A stretch of DNA of 63,978 bases, counting the filler, from Craspedostauros australis (taxonomy: Eukaryota): assembly GCA_030167865.1 (NCBI GenBank). It is 8 parts of 8 records of this genome, joined end to end, with 100 filler letters (N's around TTAATTAATTAA, not from the genome) between each part and the next. Parts side by side here need not be neighbours in the genome. Positions count along the whole stretch, not along the records: positions 30,651 to 49,442 come from JALAGF010002882.1; positions 49,543 to 50,656 come from JALAGF010002883.1; 6 more parts are not named here. One strand, 5' to 3'. The notes under the pieces are model-generated. The model did not search any database and was not told the DNA's origin. It saw only the letters and a program-made list of their open reading frames with translations. The first letter of the stretch is position 1. Every line of letters starts with the position of its first letter. The position numbers and the translations under genes are program-made. Below are positions 38,079 through 50,756 of this stretch, piece by piece.

Positions 38079-41000
38079 GAGGCAAGATCACGAGAAGTTG
38101 GCCAGACGAGGCGGTGTCCTCTGGGGCACAGTGGCACACCCTCTTAGCCAGCCGTCTCCTCATGCGGAAACCTCATCCAACTGCCAGGCCGACCAGCAGT
38201 CCATCCACTTTCCTTGGTATTCGAACCACACCAACTGCTCCACCCGCACACGCAGCACAAGCTGGTGTCAACACAAACACCAGGGAGGAGTCAATGCTGC
38301 AGCACGCACACGCTCAACGACACCATCCATTATACGATACCAGAGTACGCACAAGACCACAATTTATCCTCTCTTCTCCTGTCCAACACATTGGCCGTCT
38401 GTGCGGTCTCCATTGGTTGGCATCTGGTATTCTATATTACTCCACATGTGCACTCCACGGCCGAATTTTACATTGACTTGTAATCTCAATGCGCCATGAC
38501 TTCCAAGAGCAGAATACTCTGCTCTGTGAGTACGATAAAACATATAATTTATATTATATTCTACGGCATAATATGATATTCGAGTTCTGCAAGTATTGTA
38601 GAATACGAGCTGCACACTGGCATGAACTTTCGTATTACCGCATTTTGCATTGAGCAGAGCAGCACCGATTTTCTGATCACGCATCTTCATCCACTCTCCA
38701 CCAACGACGAGGTCATGCGAGAGGGCACGGTCTGGCTCCTGTTGCGCAAACCTGAACCGACCGACAAGCAACAAACAGGAATGTCAAGTACGATCTACTC
38801 GCGAGATGCTGGAACCGCCAAGCCCAAGCTCGGTCCCAACGGAACGCCGGACCAAATCACGTGGACGAGATGAAGTATAATAGAATAGCACTCATGATCA
38901 CGTAAGTGGCCCAACGACTCTCTCTAGAGACCACCGTAGACATGAGTTTGAAACTATTGTCACAGTTTTCGCCTTTCCGTCATCCGCTCGTGTCACGAGA
39001 AGTACACGTTTGGGGGAGCATGTTTTGGGGTCGTGAGTTTGGCGGAGGAGTGATCTTTTGCCCACGATCTCCCGTGTCTCCCCATCGCTTTGACGCATTG
39101 AGGACCAAGCCGCTCCCGTGCCGCGCACTACCGATCCCTGCTCTTTCCTCCATCCACGGCGAGTCTCCACTGCTTGCTGATGAATGATGAAAATAGCGAG
39201 GAATGGCCAAGAGTTCGTTGGGGCGGGTCGTGTGCACTGACGCCATAGGCAAGCACTTGGTCTGTCTCAAGACTCTCTGCCTTTGAGACTTGACAACGCG
39301 CAGAATAGAACAGTCTCGATTGATTCATAGAGAGGGTAGTAGAATAGAATACTTCAAAGAGAGAGAGAGAGTACTCTATCTTTCTACTTGTACTCGTACT
39401 TGTACTACGCAAAGAGACGTCATCGCAACATACCACCGTGTGAGTGATCCGAGCCTCTGCATCGCAATTCGACCTTTGACCCGAATGACTGAAACGTGAA
39501 AGTCCGATGATTGACTACTACGACTGTATGCTTCCATAATAACGCCTAACTCGAATGTAGAGTTGAGAGAACTGCGAAGACAGTTTCGCAACGAGCATCC
39601 TGCAACATACTTCTTGTTCATTCAAAGAGCGCCACACTTTCGTGTAGTGCCTGAACACTTATGGGGACACGTAGCCGCAAAAGATCAGTCGTCCATTGCT
39701 TTCTGACGCCGCTCTACCGATACCATCAGAGGATAGTCCAGCTCGGCATCAACAGTAGCATCAACATTAGCGGCGAGAGATGAGGATCGTGTCGAAGACA
39801 GGAGGATCCTCGAAGATCAGGGTGGCATATCGATGTGCTACCTGCACCGCCCACGATCGGCGTTGGGTTGCTGCGTGTAAAGGAGCTTGCTCTCCTCCGC
39901 TCTCGTGTGCAGTCCTGGAGCAGGAGCAATCGGATAATCGATGCAAAAGAAGCAAGGAGACGAACGATCTGGGGCCGCTCAGGGTGTGTGCGATGCCATG
40001 CTGTGCAACATTGTGCAGTGGATGTTGCGGATGCCTCTGTGCTCACACCAGAAATGGATCGAGCAGAGCAAAGCAGGGCAGAGCAATGCTGGCTTGGCTT
40101 TTCCTCCGCCTGTGCAAGACAAGACCACAGCAAGCCGAAACTTCCCAGATGTGGTCTTGGGGTGCTGACGACGACACAGCCTCCGGCGAACACGAAAAAA
40201 CGAGGCCAACCAGCGCAATTCTCCTCCCTGGTTTCGCATCGACTCGAACACAGGGTGTTCTTGTTGCTTTTGTTTGTGCCAAGAAAGGGTTGGGCGAGTC
40301 TTGTGTGTTGTGTGACGTCGTGGAGAACGAACATCGGAGGTGTGCAGGAATCACAAGGCAATAGTTCCCTGAGTACCGGATGAACATATCGAGATATAAT
40401 TGGCTTCGATGAAGACAAGCCCTTCGCATTCCGACGTTAATCAAAACTGTAGCGAGGGGTGATTTAACTTCATAGCATTTACCCTTCGAATGCGAGTACA
40501 ACGCTACAACTGTGCACATCTCCGCATAAATCAGTTGCTCCATGTGCACAAAGCATGGGGTAGATCGTAGATACCTTGTGCTTGTGTCGCTGCTGAAACT
40601 GCACAAGGAACAGCGACGAGGAGGACAAACGAGAGACAAAGACAGGCGGGACCACAAGCGTCGTGTCAGGCACAGCCAAGCCCACCGGAATCGTCCTGTT
40701 CTTTTGGCTTCTCCGACAGGTCGCCAACAGCACAACATGTGACATCCTCGTCACGAGAACGTCCTTCGCCTTGGCGCAAGCGAGGCGCGCTGGTGGCTGT
40801 CCCAGTATGGCGTGGTACATAAGTATGGTACCACACACACCATACTCCTTCGGCACGGTACCATACGAATAGATCGTACAAATACCAGTACAAACGCAAG
40901 TCCTCTTCCCTCTTATCATCTGGGGCTCAGACGAGAAGAACGCAAAGGGAGACCAAATCGCAGAGCCGTCCTTGGATAAACTCCACACTCCGTGACATTT

Positions 41001-41111
41001 CGAAATGAAAGCCTCACAAAATGAACACTGCGGATCTTCGAACTTTGGCAATTCCATCACACCAGCGTCAACCGTATCAGCGATCATACACGCCAAGCCA
41101 TTGCGGACCAC

Positions 41112-42485
41112 ATGCTCCCCTCAAGAATTCACTCCAAGGAAACAACAGATCGTGCCGAAGGTTGTGCCAGCAACAGCGATAGTCATAGTGATAGCGATAG
41201 CCAGACAGAAGACCTCAGCAAGACACCAGCTCAAAGGAAGTCGCCAACCATCGGTGTTCAGGCCGAGCAGACCGACAAGGTGGAAGCACAGAGTCAGATC
41301 CAAGCCTTGCTTTCTCGAAGCGAAGATCAAGCGAGCAGCATCCGCGCAGATAATCTCACCAGCAGCAGTGACGTGAACATTCCCGGCAAATATACACACG
41401 TAAATCCAAGAAGTACCAAGAAGCCGACCTTCCGCGACTCTCAGCATCAGCAACAACAGCAACAGCAGCAACAGCAGCACCATTCAAAGATGATGAATTT
41501 TCCCATCCCTGAGCAATGGCTATCGCCGATCCCTCTCAACGACGCCCTCGACGATGAGATGCTCGCTCGGAATCTCGCAAACAGCGACCTGTTCCATGAT
41601 CGTAGCGACGCCCACATGATGATTCAGGATTCTCATACAGAACGCGCAGTACCAACATTCGTTGATCTCACTGGCAAGGCAACTGCCAGCATGCGTGCGC
41701 GGGGAACGGCCGCTGCACCTTTGAGTGGTCCAATGCCAAACTCTGCAAAGAGCAAGCAGTCGATGGGCCCTCCGTTGCATGGCCGCACTCAAACGAAAGG
41801 ATCGGCTTCGCCGAAGTCTCCATCAGACTGCAAGCACACCCCTCCAGTCGCTGGACTTCATGCTTCCAAGAGCTCCCTGTGCACGGTAGGCCTTGCGCCA
41901 TCGATGTCGCCACCGGCGCAGCCTTCGCCATCTCGCAATGAGCCCAGCGCATCACACTCCCGGTTGCTTACTGCAACTCCCGACAGCGGTGCAATCGACC
42001 CAGGTTTCACAGCGAAGGATGTTATCTGCGGTCGGCACAGGCTTGCGTTCAACCATGTCGGCAACCGCCGTTTCCGAGTCACAATCAGCGTGTTCCTGCA
42101 GGCCTACCAAAGGGCGCCGAACCGGATCGGAAGATCGGTCATCATCCAGGAGGTGATCGATTCTGTCTTTGCGGCCGACGCGAGATTCCTGAAGTGCTCG
42201 AAGGGTGCTTGGGTGGAACTGAATGACAGGGAGACCCGCACGAAAGTGGCCCATGCCCTTCGTGATGCGGCTGCCGTAGAATCGGGCCAGCGCAAGAGAG
42301 GAGGCACGACGAGCAGATCGACGCAAAGAAAGAATTCATTTTCAAGCCACGAAGATGCATCTGATGCGAGCACGGCAGATGAACCATCAGCCGCAGCGAA
42401 AGCCGTTGCATGTGCTGATGCTGGCACAGATTCTGTGATGGATACGGACGTGGGCGCGGATACCATTGAAAAGGTGGAAGTATGA
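41112..42485 (+). CDS. DUF6824-domain protein (start codon uncertain)
   Basis: DVICGRHRLAFNHVGNRRFRVTI...RFLK...WVELNDRETRTKVAHALRD. Confidence 0.85.
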   Translation: MLPSRIHSKETTDRAEGCASNSDSHSDSDSQTEDLSKTPAQRKSPTIGVQAEQTDKVEAQSQIQALLSRSEDQASSIRADNLTSSSDVNIPGKYTHVNPRSTKKPTFRDSQHQQQQQQQQQQHHSKMMNFPIPEQWLSPIPLNDALDDEMLARNLANSDLFHDRSDAHMMIQDSHTERAVPTFVDLTGKATASMRARGTAAAPLSGPMPNSAKSKQSMGPPLHGRTQTKGSASPKSPSDCKHTPPVAGLHASKSSLCTVGLAPSMSPPAQPSPSRNEPSASHSRLLTATPDSGAIDPGFTAKDVICGRHRLAFNHVGNRRFRVTISVFLQAYQRAPNRIGRSVIIQEVIDSVFAADARFLKCSKGAWVELNDRETRTKVAHALRDAAAVESGQRKRGGTTSRSTQRKNSFSSHEDASDASTADEPSAAAKAVACADAGTDSVMDTDVGADTIEKVEV

Positions 42486-44356
42486 ACCAGGCGTGGCAAT
42501 GGTCTCAAGAGCCGCTGAGAATGAGCAGCATGATACGACTATCTGCATCATGTCTGCACAATCTGAGTATGCACGGGCGCATACAGGTATGTATAACATT
42601 ATATAATATGAAATAGCAGCGGAATCGTACGAACAAATAGTCTGACAATTAGCAAGACTACCCCTCTGCCAGTACGCTGCACCCAACACATGACAAAAGC
42701 AAGGCCTCTAGAGAGCCTGGGTACGGAGGACATGGCGGCACGAGTGCATGACGTTGACTGCGAAAGTATCAAGACCGCGCGTTGAGGAGAAAGACGACCA
42801 TGAACATGCTTCACAGGATGACATAGCAATACATCACATTACATGATACAACAAAACACTATCATACTCTAAAGCATCTCCTCCAAGAGTGCAGTACATC
42901 CATCATCGTGCTGTACAAGTATTGAGCCGGACTCTACATAGATGCACAGTTGGCTTTCCATGGCATTTGATGTTGGGTGCCATAGCAAGATCACATTCCA
43001 AAACACGAGCACCATACGACCCGTTGCTTTGTGGTGGAAACATTCGGCAGGCGACAATGGCAGAGGTTGAACACCTGACCGTGTGACGATCTATACATTG
43101 CACACTGTACCATATCGTTCCCTGAAAACCAGTGTGGTCTCTAGAGACAGGGAGTACTCTGAGCACCTATAATACGTAGCACGCAGAATCCATGTAGATG
43201 TTGCAATGCATCTCTTGGAGGTACTCGTCTTCTGCCATACTCGTACTGTGCTCAGCTCTCAAGAGAATGCATACTATACCTATTATACAATATCATCCTG
43301 CATTCTCATGCATTGCTCCACCCTATCCTACCTACCCTATCCTGCTTGGAACATCGCACAGGCCAAGCGCCGAGTACGAATGGCGCGTGAACCTCGGATG
43401 TTCTCCCTCTCTCTTGGGATAGTCGCATTCTCTCCAAAGAGAGTATCGTGTACATGGGGGTAGAGTATCGGTACTCTCCATCAAACCACATATGCTTCTG
43501 CTGACATATGCTTCGCGCCAAGCAGCTTTTCGAGGAGAAACGAGGAGTATTCCCATTCGGTCTCTTCCATAGCACGTACAAGTACAATGTTCATTATTGT
43601 TCTCTAGTACGCTGCCCTGTTGGCAGCCTACCATCCACCCAAATGTCGGCTTGGGGGGGAGTTGTTGGACGATTCGGCAAGGACCGTTTTTTCACAACCT
43701 TGCATGCATGTTGCGCCGAGATTTGATCTTGCCTGTATCTTCGCCAGCGTTGGTCGACGGTTCGCTCATGGATGAACAACGCCTGACCTTCGTCCGGTCA
43801 TAATGTCATCGCGGAAAGCTGTGCGAATCGGGGTTGTCCTCCGCCTCGAGCGCGCTTTTCTCGTTGGATGCAGGGCAAGAGAACAACGATCGAAATCACA
43901 AAACCGCCTCCACGCCGCTGGCGACGCAATGCGATTACAACGCTGCACATCAACGCTGCTGGACGACCACAGAGGGATGCGCGTGTTCGAGGCCATCATG
44001 ATACCATAGTCGTACAATACATGATACTGGCAGAGGAGGCGCTCCATCTCTTCTGTTGCCATCGATGATGGCCACGCACATACTCTCACCAGTGGATGAT
44101 CCAACACTTCCCCGCTCGTTATGAAATACGGACACTGAGTAAACTGCCGCGAGACCACTCCAGAGCAAATACTTGCATCCACCATCCGTCTCTCTCTCTC
44201 TCCCTCCCTCCTTCCCTCATTCTCCCCCTGAAGTACATTGGAGGAACCCATTGACTCGACTCTGTTCTGCTCTCTCGTACTGAAGGAGCGCGGTCGTTAA
44301 CAGATCGTTGATCTGGATCAAAGGCACACTCAGAAGGCACAACCATCAATCAATCG

Positions 44357-46016
44357 ATGAACGCGTCCTTGCTGAAGTCGGGATCTGCGATCGCCCTGTT
44401 TGCAACCTCCGCAGTGGTTCCATCGCTCGCGTACCTTCCGCCAACGATCACTGGGGTCAGACTTGGACTTGGAAGGGTGAGAAGTCTGCTGTCGCCATCG
44501 CTGTTCCATCGACAGCGCTCGTTCGCCGCAGCTTTCCCGCAATTCCACCTTGCGAACGCTTCCGTGGTGTTTCCAAGGTCCGATCTCCTTGCGTTGCCTG
44601 CTGGTCATCGTATTGCGACGACGTCCTCGTCAACATCAGCACACAGCATGGCTACGAGTGCAGCAGACAAGATCGATGGGAACAACGACGATGCACCCAA
44701 TCACGGCGCATCAGACGAGAGCCATAAGGATTCACAGGTTGGACGATCAGGCACACCAGCACATCCGCTGCGCAGATCGACGCGCAAGCGTAGCCAACGC
44801 TCAGCTGCGGCAGCGTCAGCATCGGTATCGGATGGAGCAGGCGGTCCGATCGCGAAGGGGAAGACCAGCACGAAGAAACCAGCCAAGAGACGAAAAGTCG
44901 AATTATCTCCGCCTGCATCCGCATCTGTATCTGTATCGGCCAAGCAGATGAATCAAAGCTCTGGAGACGGGGAGTCAGAAGAGGACCAGAAGCGAGAGCG
45001 GAAGCCTTGGTACGATATCTTCACGAAGGGAGACGAACCGTACAATCGGTACATGGCAACTGAATGGGGCTTTGAAAAGGTACGTGCGAGAATCAACCTG
45101 TTTACACTGGATGGTGCATTCAACGAGCTGATCGCAGAGGGCATCTATGCTGCTTTTGGATCAAGTGATATGCTTCATGCATGGGCCACATCGGAGTATC
45201 CCATACTCATTGGGTGTTCTTCGCGCTCTCTTAGTCGTATTGCCAACTAACCAATCTCTTTCCTCTCCCGTGGTCTTTCTCTGTGTGTGTGTCGCCCTGC
45301 TTCCGTCACTGCATGGATGCTCGATGTTACCAAAACACACACGACACGACACACGACACAACCACTCGATTCTACTCTACTATGCTCTACTTTGCTAATA
45401 CACCACCCTGCTCTATTCAATATGCATAATCCATATTGTCCGCGCTCTGCAGCGAGGAGACGTTGCGCTGTTTGAGAAGATATCGTTGGAAGGTGCGCAG
45501 GCTGGCCTGTCGTGGTTGACGATCCTTCGCAAGAGAGAAGCGTACCGGCGAACCTTCCACCACTTCGACATCGACAAGGTCGCTGCCATGACCCAAGATG
45601 ATGTGCAGGCCATCCTAGACACAAACACCAAGGACACAACGCAGATGATCGTCCGGCACCGTGGCAAGATCGAATCGGTGATCAACAATGCGCAGAAGAT
45701 CCAGGAGATGCGAAAGGACAATCCCGATGATCCCAATCCGTTCGACACGCTCCTTTGGAGTTACGTCGATGACAAGCCCATCTTGTATCGATGGAACGGG
45801 AACCTCCAGGATGCCAACACGAAGACTCCGGAAAGCACGGCCATGAGCAAGGATCTCAAGAAGCGAGGTTTCAAATTCGTCGGTCCCACCACATGCTACG
45901 CTATGATGCAATCCGTGGGGATGGTCATCGAACATGCCACCGACAGCTCGGAATGGGAGGCGGCTGTCGTCCGTTTGAAACAGCGCAAAGGTGGTTATCA
46001 GGAGTCACAAGAATAA
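44357..46016 (+). CDS. tag: DNA-3-methyladenine glycosylase I; exons 44357-45079 and 45453-46016
   Basis: YMATEWG|...LFEKISLEGAQAGLSWLTILRKREAYR, IVRHRGKIESVINNA, SKDLKKRGFKFVGPTTCYAMMQSVGMV. GTACGT...CAG intron. Confidence 0.93.
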
Positions 46017-46785
46017 TGGCATACGTGCGAACGAGTAGAGCTCATTTCTCACTTTCTCAATAACAAGCAACTTTGAGTTTAGGTTCCAATACATGCGATG
46101 CGCGTCTCTCCACGAATACTCGCAGAGAGAGAGAGAGAGAGATGTGCGCATTGGAGTGCTGCACATGCTGGTGTATATGGTACCAGAATACTCGTATTAC
46201 AAACCTTCTGTAGGTCGCATACTTGCATCTGCTGTGCTTGGGACGAGGATGAGCATTGTACGTATACTTGGCGGCAGCTTGTGTGGCTGTCGCAACAGAA
46301 ATGCGAGCTCACTGAATGTGCCGATGTGAGGCAGCACCGTGTTCATGCGACAAACGAGGCTGCAGCTTTGACCTTGAACATGACGCAACGTGATACGAAG
46401 CAAAGCACCGCGATCGGGATGGCGCAACCATCTACTGGTACGAGTACACGTGGAGAGCTTGAGACACAGAGCCCGATGAAAGTTCACGTATGATCGCTGC
46501 AAACAAGCGATGGTTTGATGCTACCCCGCACTGTTGCCATGCATCCTGCCTTGCCGTCCGTTGCCATCACGCTCCACAGCTCTGATAAGGCAATGAAGAT
46601 GGCAATGAAGATAGCATTCAGCAGTGATCAAGACTCGCAGGTCGCCAACAAACGCCGCCACCCTCCCCCTCGCAAGCATTGTCCATCCTGGCGCAGTTGG
46701 CGATGCTGCATCCAGGCGGACGAAGTCGAAGACTTCTGAGCAGCCTCTGCCGCCGCCTCATGAATCCTTCATGGACTGTGCGCTA

Positions 46786-46848
46786 TACATTGTGCATCCT
46801 GCATCCTACATTGTGCATCCTGCATCCTACATTGTGCATCCTGCATCC
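46786..46848. repeat. 21-bp tandem repeat x3
   Basis: TACATTGTGCATCCTGCATCC three times. Confidence 0.9.
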
Positions 46849-47025
46849 GCGCTGTGCATTGTGCATTGTGCATTATATTCGACGAGTATGCACTGTGCAG
46901 CAAGGTGATGAATGTTGGTCTTGGTGTTGGTCTTGGTGTTGCCGATGAGCGCCATTGGGCTGATGCGTGACGAACATTGTCGATGCAGTTTTGTGGAGAT
47001 GTTGGTCTTGGGTGATTTTGGTTAA

Positions 47026-49442
47026 GAGCCCGATCAGCGAGTCGACCAACTGTTTGCAATCAACATTTCATATTTTTTTCCCGGATTTAAAAACTAAGCT
47101 CATATTCATAATCCTCGTAGATCTAAAACATATACTGACCCATTTACGCTTTCCGGTTCCTCCTGTTTTTAACTTTTATGGATCGATGGATTTGCACATT
47201 CGTCCATCTCCTTCGGGTTTCAGCCTTTTGGCTACGACTACATCGATCCAATTTAACGCGTTGCTGTTCTTTGTTTCAGCAAGGTTGTTCCCATTTTGAA
47301 TTGTTTAGTCTCTTTTTCAGGCGTTCCGATCAGAGCATCCAACACCCTGTCCACGATAGCGCTAGTTGTAGAGTTTTGGGAGAAGCGGCGAGTGCGTGTT
47401 TACATCTATTATATCCTCCGGTTGCTTAATCCGTCATCTACGTCACGAAGATGGATACTGCGTCATGAAACACCAATCACAGCACGATAGGAGACCTCAT
47501 CGTCTGCAGTTCATCACGGCGGAATGGTCCAGCTCCATTGGTACTACCGAAGTGCTTAGTGCCGTTCTCTTTTTGTACATTTAGTACAATCTTTGATAAT
47601 TACCTCGGACCCCAGAAAGTACGACTGGTCGAGGGCGGCAAACCCCAAAAAACAACAACATGACAATGGCAGAACCCCCAAAAACGCCACAATGGCGGTC
47701 CAACGGCAATCACTGCGCCGCACCAATCAGTGATCCACCACAAAATCCAAGCACATCGCCGTCACCGCGATGCAACCCTTGGTGGGTGGGTGAGAGGGGG
47801 CCATGAGAGTGCTTGATTTGGGGCCGTCGCAGGCCCCAGATCAAACGTCACAATTTCGCGCCAGATTGGCTCGTTGCATATGGCCGGCGTACTACATCCA
47901 CAGCCCACCCCATCGGCTATAGATTGGCAGGATGGCTCCAGGAGGCCAAGACCAAGATGCCCACGAAGTTTCAGGCTCGGGGAGGACCGGGAAGTCCTCC
48001 GCGCGGAGGAAAAAGTGGAGGGCAAGAGTTTTCGCGGTGTGTCGTGGGGTTTCCATCATGTGGCTTTGGCTGTGCAGGGCACCATTGCCAACTCACACAA
48101 TCGCCAAGCCACCCATACAAGATGCGTGCGGCATCAATTCAAGATTCACCTCGCGAAGTTTGCGCCGCGGAGACGGTCTACAAGAGGCAGCGCCCCACCA
48201 TATCCGACGAACAGTCATTGATGGTGGGTGGGTGCGAAAACCAATGGCATCACCAAATGGAGCTGTATCTTTGGAAGCACACATGCCCAGCCCACTCTGG
48301 ATGCATCAGCGTGTCGCCAGGGAGTATGAGAATGCACGAGGACCACGTGGAGGGGATGCATGGATTGTATGGATGAGGTATGGATCTGTATCCATACCGC
48401 ATCCGGATTGCAATCGGTTTTTTGACAACGCTCTTTTTCACTGCAGGGACACTTTGGGCCATGTCAGGTGGGTATCTGTGGCCAAGCTTCATGGAGTGGA
48501 TAGCTGGGGAGCATACAGAGCCATTGTGGTGCGCAGTTTGAAGAAATACAACGATGATGATGATGATCATGGGTGCTGAGGGGAGGGCAACATTGTGCCA
48601 TCCAGAATTTTTCGAATTCACCACACAACTGTGTGGTGGTCAAACATGACAATAAAAAACAATTTCTATGTCAATTTAACTTCGATATTCTGTATAACCT
48701 ATAGTCAGGCGTCTGAGTGCAATTTTTAGATATAACTGTAAGCGATGTGTTGTTGAGATATAGCATGATAAGCAGATATTGGATGTGTTTTTTGGATGCT
48801 CTCTAGATTAGCCTACGTATCACGACTCATCCCCCACAAAACTCCACAACTGGTGTTATCGCGGTGATGCACTCCCATCACGGAGTTTCGGTCTCATCAC
48901 CCAACACAGCCTCACTTTCTCTGTTTGCCTTCATGGTGTGAGCATCACACCACATCTGATGGTCCAGTTGCTCTTCCTCTCTCTGCAACTCCTCTTCCCT
49001 CTGTTCCTCCTCTGTTCCAGCTGATTCATTGTTGGTCGCCACGATTCTGGATGTTGCTGTTGCTTTGCTTGTTGTGTTGGTTGCTGTCTTGATGAGAGCA
49101 GCCTCCTTCTTTTNNNNNNNNNNNNNNNNNNNNNNNNNNNNNNNNNNNNNNNNNNNNNNNNNNNNNNNNNNNNNNNNNNNNNNNNNNNNNNNNNNNNNNN
49201 NNNNNNNNNNNNNNNNNNNNNNNNNNNNNNNNNNNNNNTGTTCGGACGGTCTGTTTTTCGGGTCCTTCGCGGACGCTTCACAGATGTCCTTCAATTTTGC
49301 CACAACGTAGTCTGGTAGTTCCGCGGGTTTGCGCGTAGTTTTGCTCGCCCAGCCTGGCACTGCGAGTGGTGGGTGTTCTGTTTCCGCCGTCTGGTCTTGT
49401 AGCGCCGTGGTGTGATCGGATGGCAGGTGTTGTTGTCCGTCT
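47026..49442 (-). mobile_element. 3' end of a Sola3-like DNA transposon copy (transposase C-terminus at 48878-49442)
   Basis: 48838-49442 is an inverted paralog of ~52580-53192. TTAA|GAG junction at 47022-47028 coincides with a shift to AT-rich sequence. Confidence 0.6.
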
Positions 49443-49542
49443 NNNNNNNNNNNNNNNNNNNNNNNNNNNNNNNNNNNNNNNNNNNNTTAATTAATTAANN
49501 NNNNNNNNNNNNNNNNNNNNNNNNNNNNNNNNNNNNNNNNNN

Positions 49543-50489
49543 TCCTCATCTTCGTTGGACTCCTCACTCTCACTACTTGCGTTGTGCTCCATCGCCTTTG
49601 CCAAACGCTGTCCCTCCACCTCTATCGTGGTTGGTGTGCTGGTCATGAATTTGATTTTCTTCTGCTTGAGGTTTCTTGGTTGGACAATGTCGCTATCTCT
49701 CGTCTTTCCCTTCTTTCCACTCCCTTCTGCGGTTGTGCTCATCATGCTGCTTTNGGTTTCCCCCATTACTGCATCTTTGCCTTGGGGAACGAACGTGATG
49801 TCTGGGTACCGTGACCCCAACACATTCACAGCCGCTCTCTGCGCAATGGTGATCTCAGTCTTCCTCAGGAGCCCTCCTGAATTGGGAATCATCATGTCTT
49901 TCAGCATCATGTTTGGATCTGTCATGCTCAAGTCAGCAGCAAGTTGTTGGATCTGCTGTCGCCATTCGTCTGTTTTGGGCACTTGCGCTACACCAAATTT
50001 TTTTCTTCCATCAATGACCATGCTGATGAACACCTGCACTTCCTGCACCGGGATGGTGTGTCCTGTTTTTGCAGTCGCCTTCCCAATCCACCTTTATCAT
50101 TGATTCATCATCCCTTTCACCAGGATATGGATCGACCTGCCTTCCTCTGCCATCACTTCACAGGAAGAGAATGAAACAGCCACCTTGTGGATTTCTCCTG
50201 GCAGAGATTTCCACATGCTTGTCGTTGTCTTACGCGCAATGGAGACTCCTGCCTCGTTTTCTCCTTCCACAAGTGTCAGCATCTTATCCCGTTTCTTGCT
50301 CTCAGCCTTCCTTGGCATGGTCTTGACAGCCCTTGTTTGTGACTGTCCTCCTCTGCGTATGCCGTTGGCAGTCTCCATATGATTTACCATTGCTTTGCCT
50401 GCCATTGTCGCTGCTGTTGGCCTCACTTCTGTATCTTTTCTACAGTTGACACCCGTTGACGTCGGTGCTGTTTTGGTGTTTGCATTCAT
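49543..50489 (-). pseudogene. Fragmented ORF(s) on a small contig, possibly the N-terminal part of a transposon protein
   Basis: Consecutive minus-strand ORFs 50489-50097 and 50048-49543 in different frames; no recognisable motif. Confidence 0.3.
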
Positions 50490-50756
50490 TTTGTAGAATA
50501 CTATCTTTACATGTTTCTACTGTGTTTGTTTTCCTGGTCCTGGGTGTTATGCTCCATAACACAATACTGTACTATTATATGATACTATATGATATAATAT
50601 TATGTTGTGTCATATTCGCAAGTGTTGCTATTGCCATGAACGTGGAAGTGGATGTGNNNNNNNNNNNNNNNNNNNNNNNNNNNNNNNNNNNNNNNNNNNN
50701 TTAATTAATTAANNNNNNNNNNNNNNNNNNNNNNNNNNNNNNNNNNNNNNNNNNNN

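Noticed and set aside
39185..39240. ATGATGA...CTGA with partial similarity to the antisense of 18S GUACACACCGCCC
   Set aside because: Too short, pairing is interrupted, no terminal stem.
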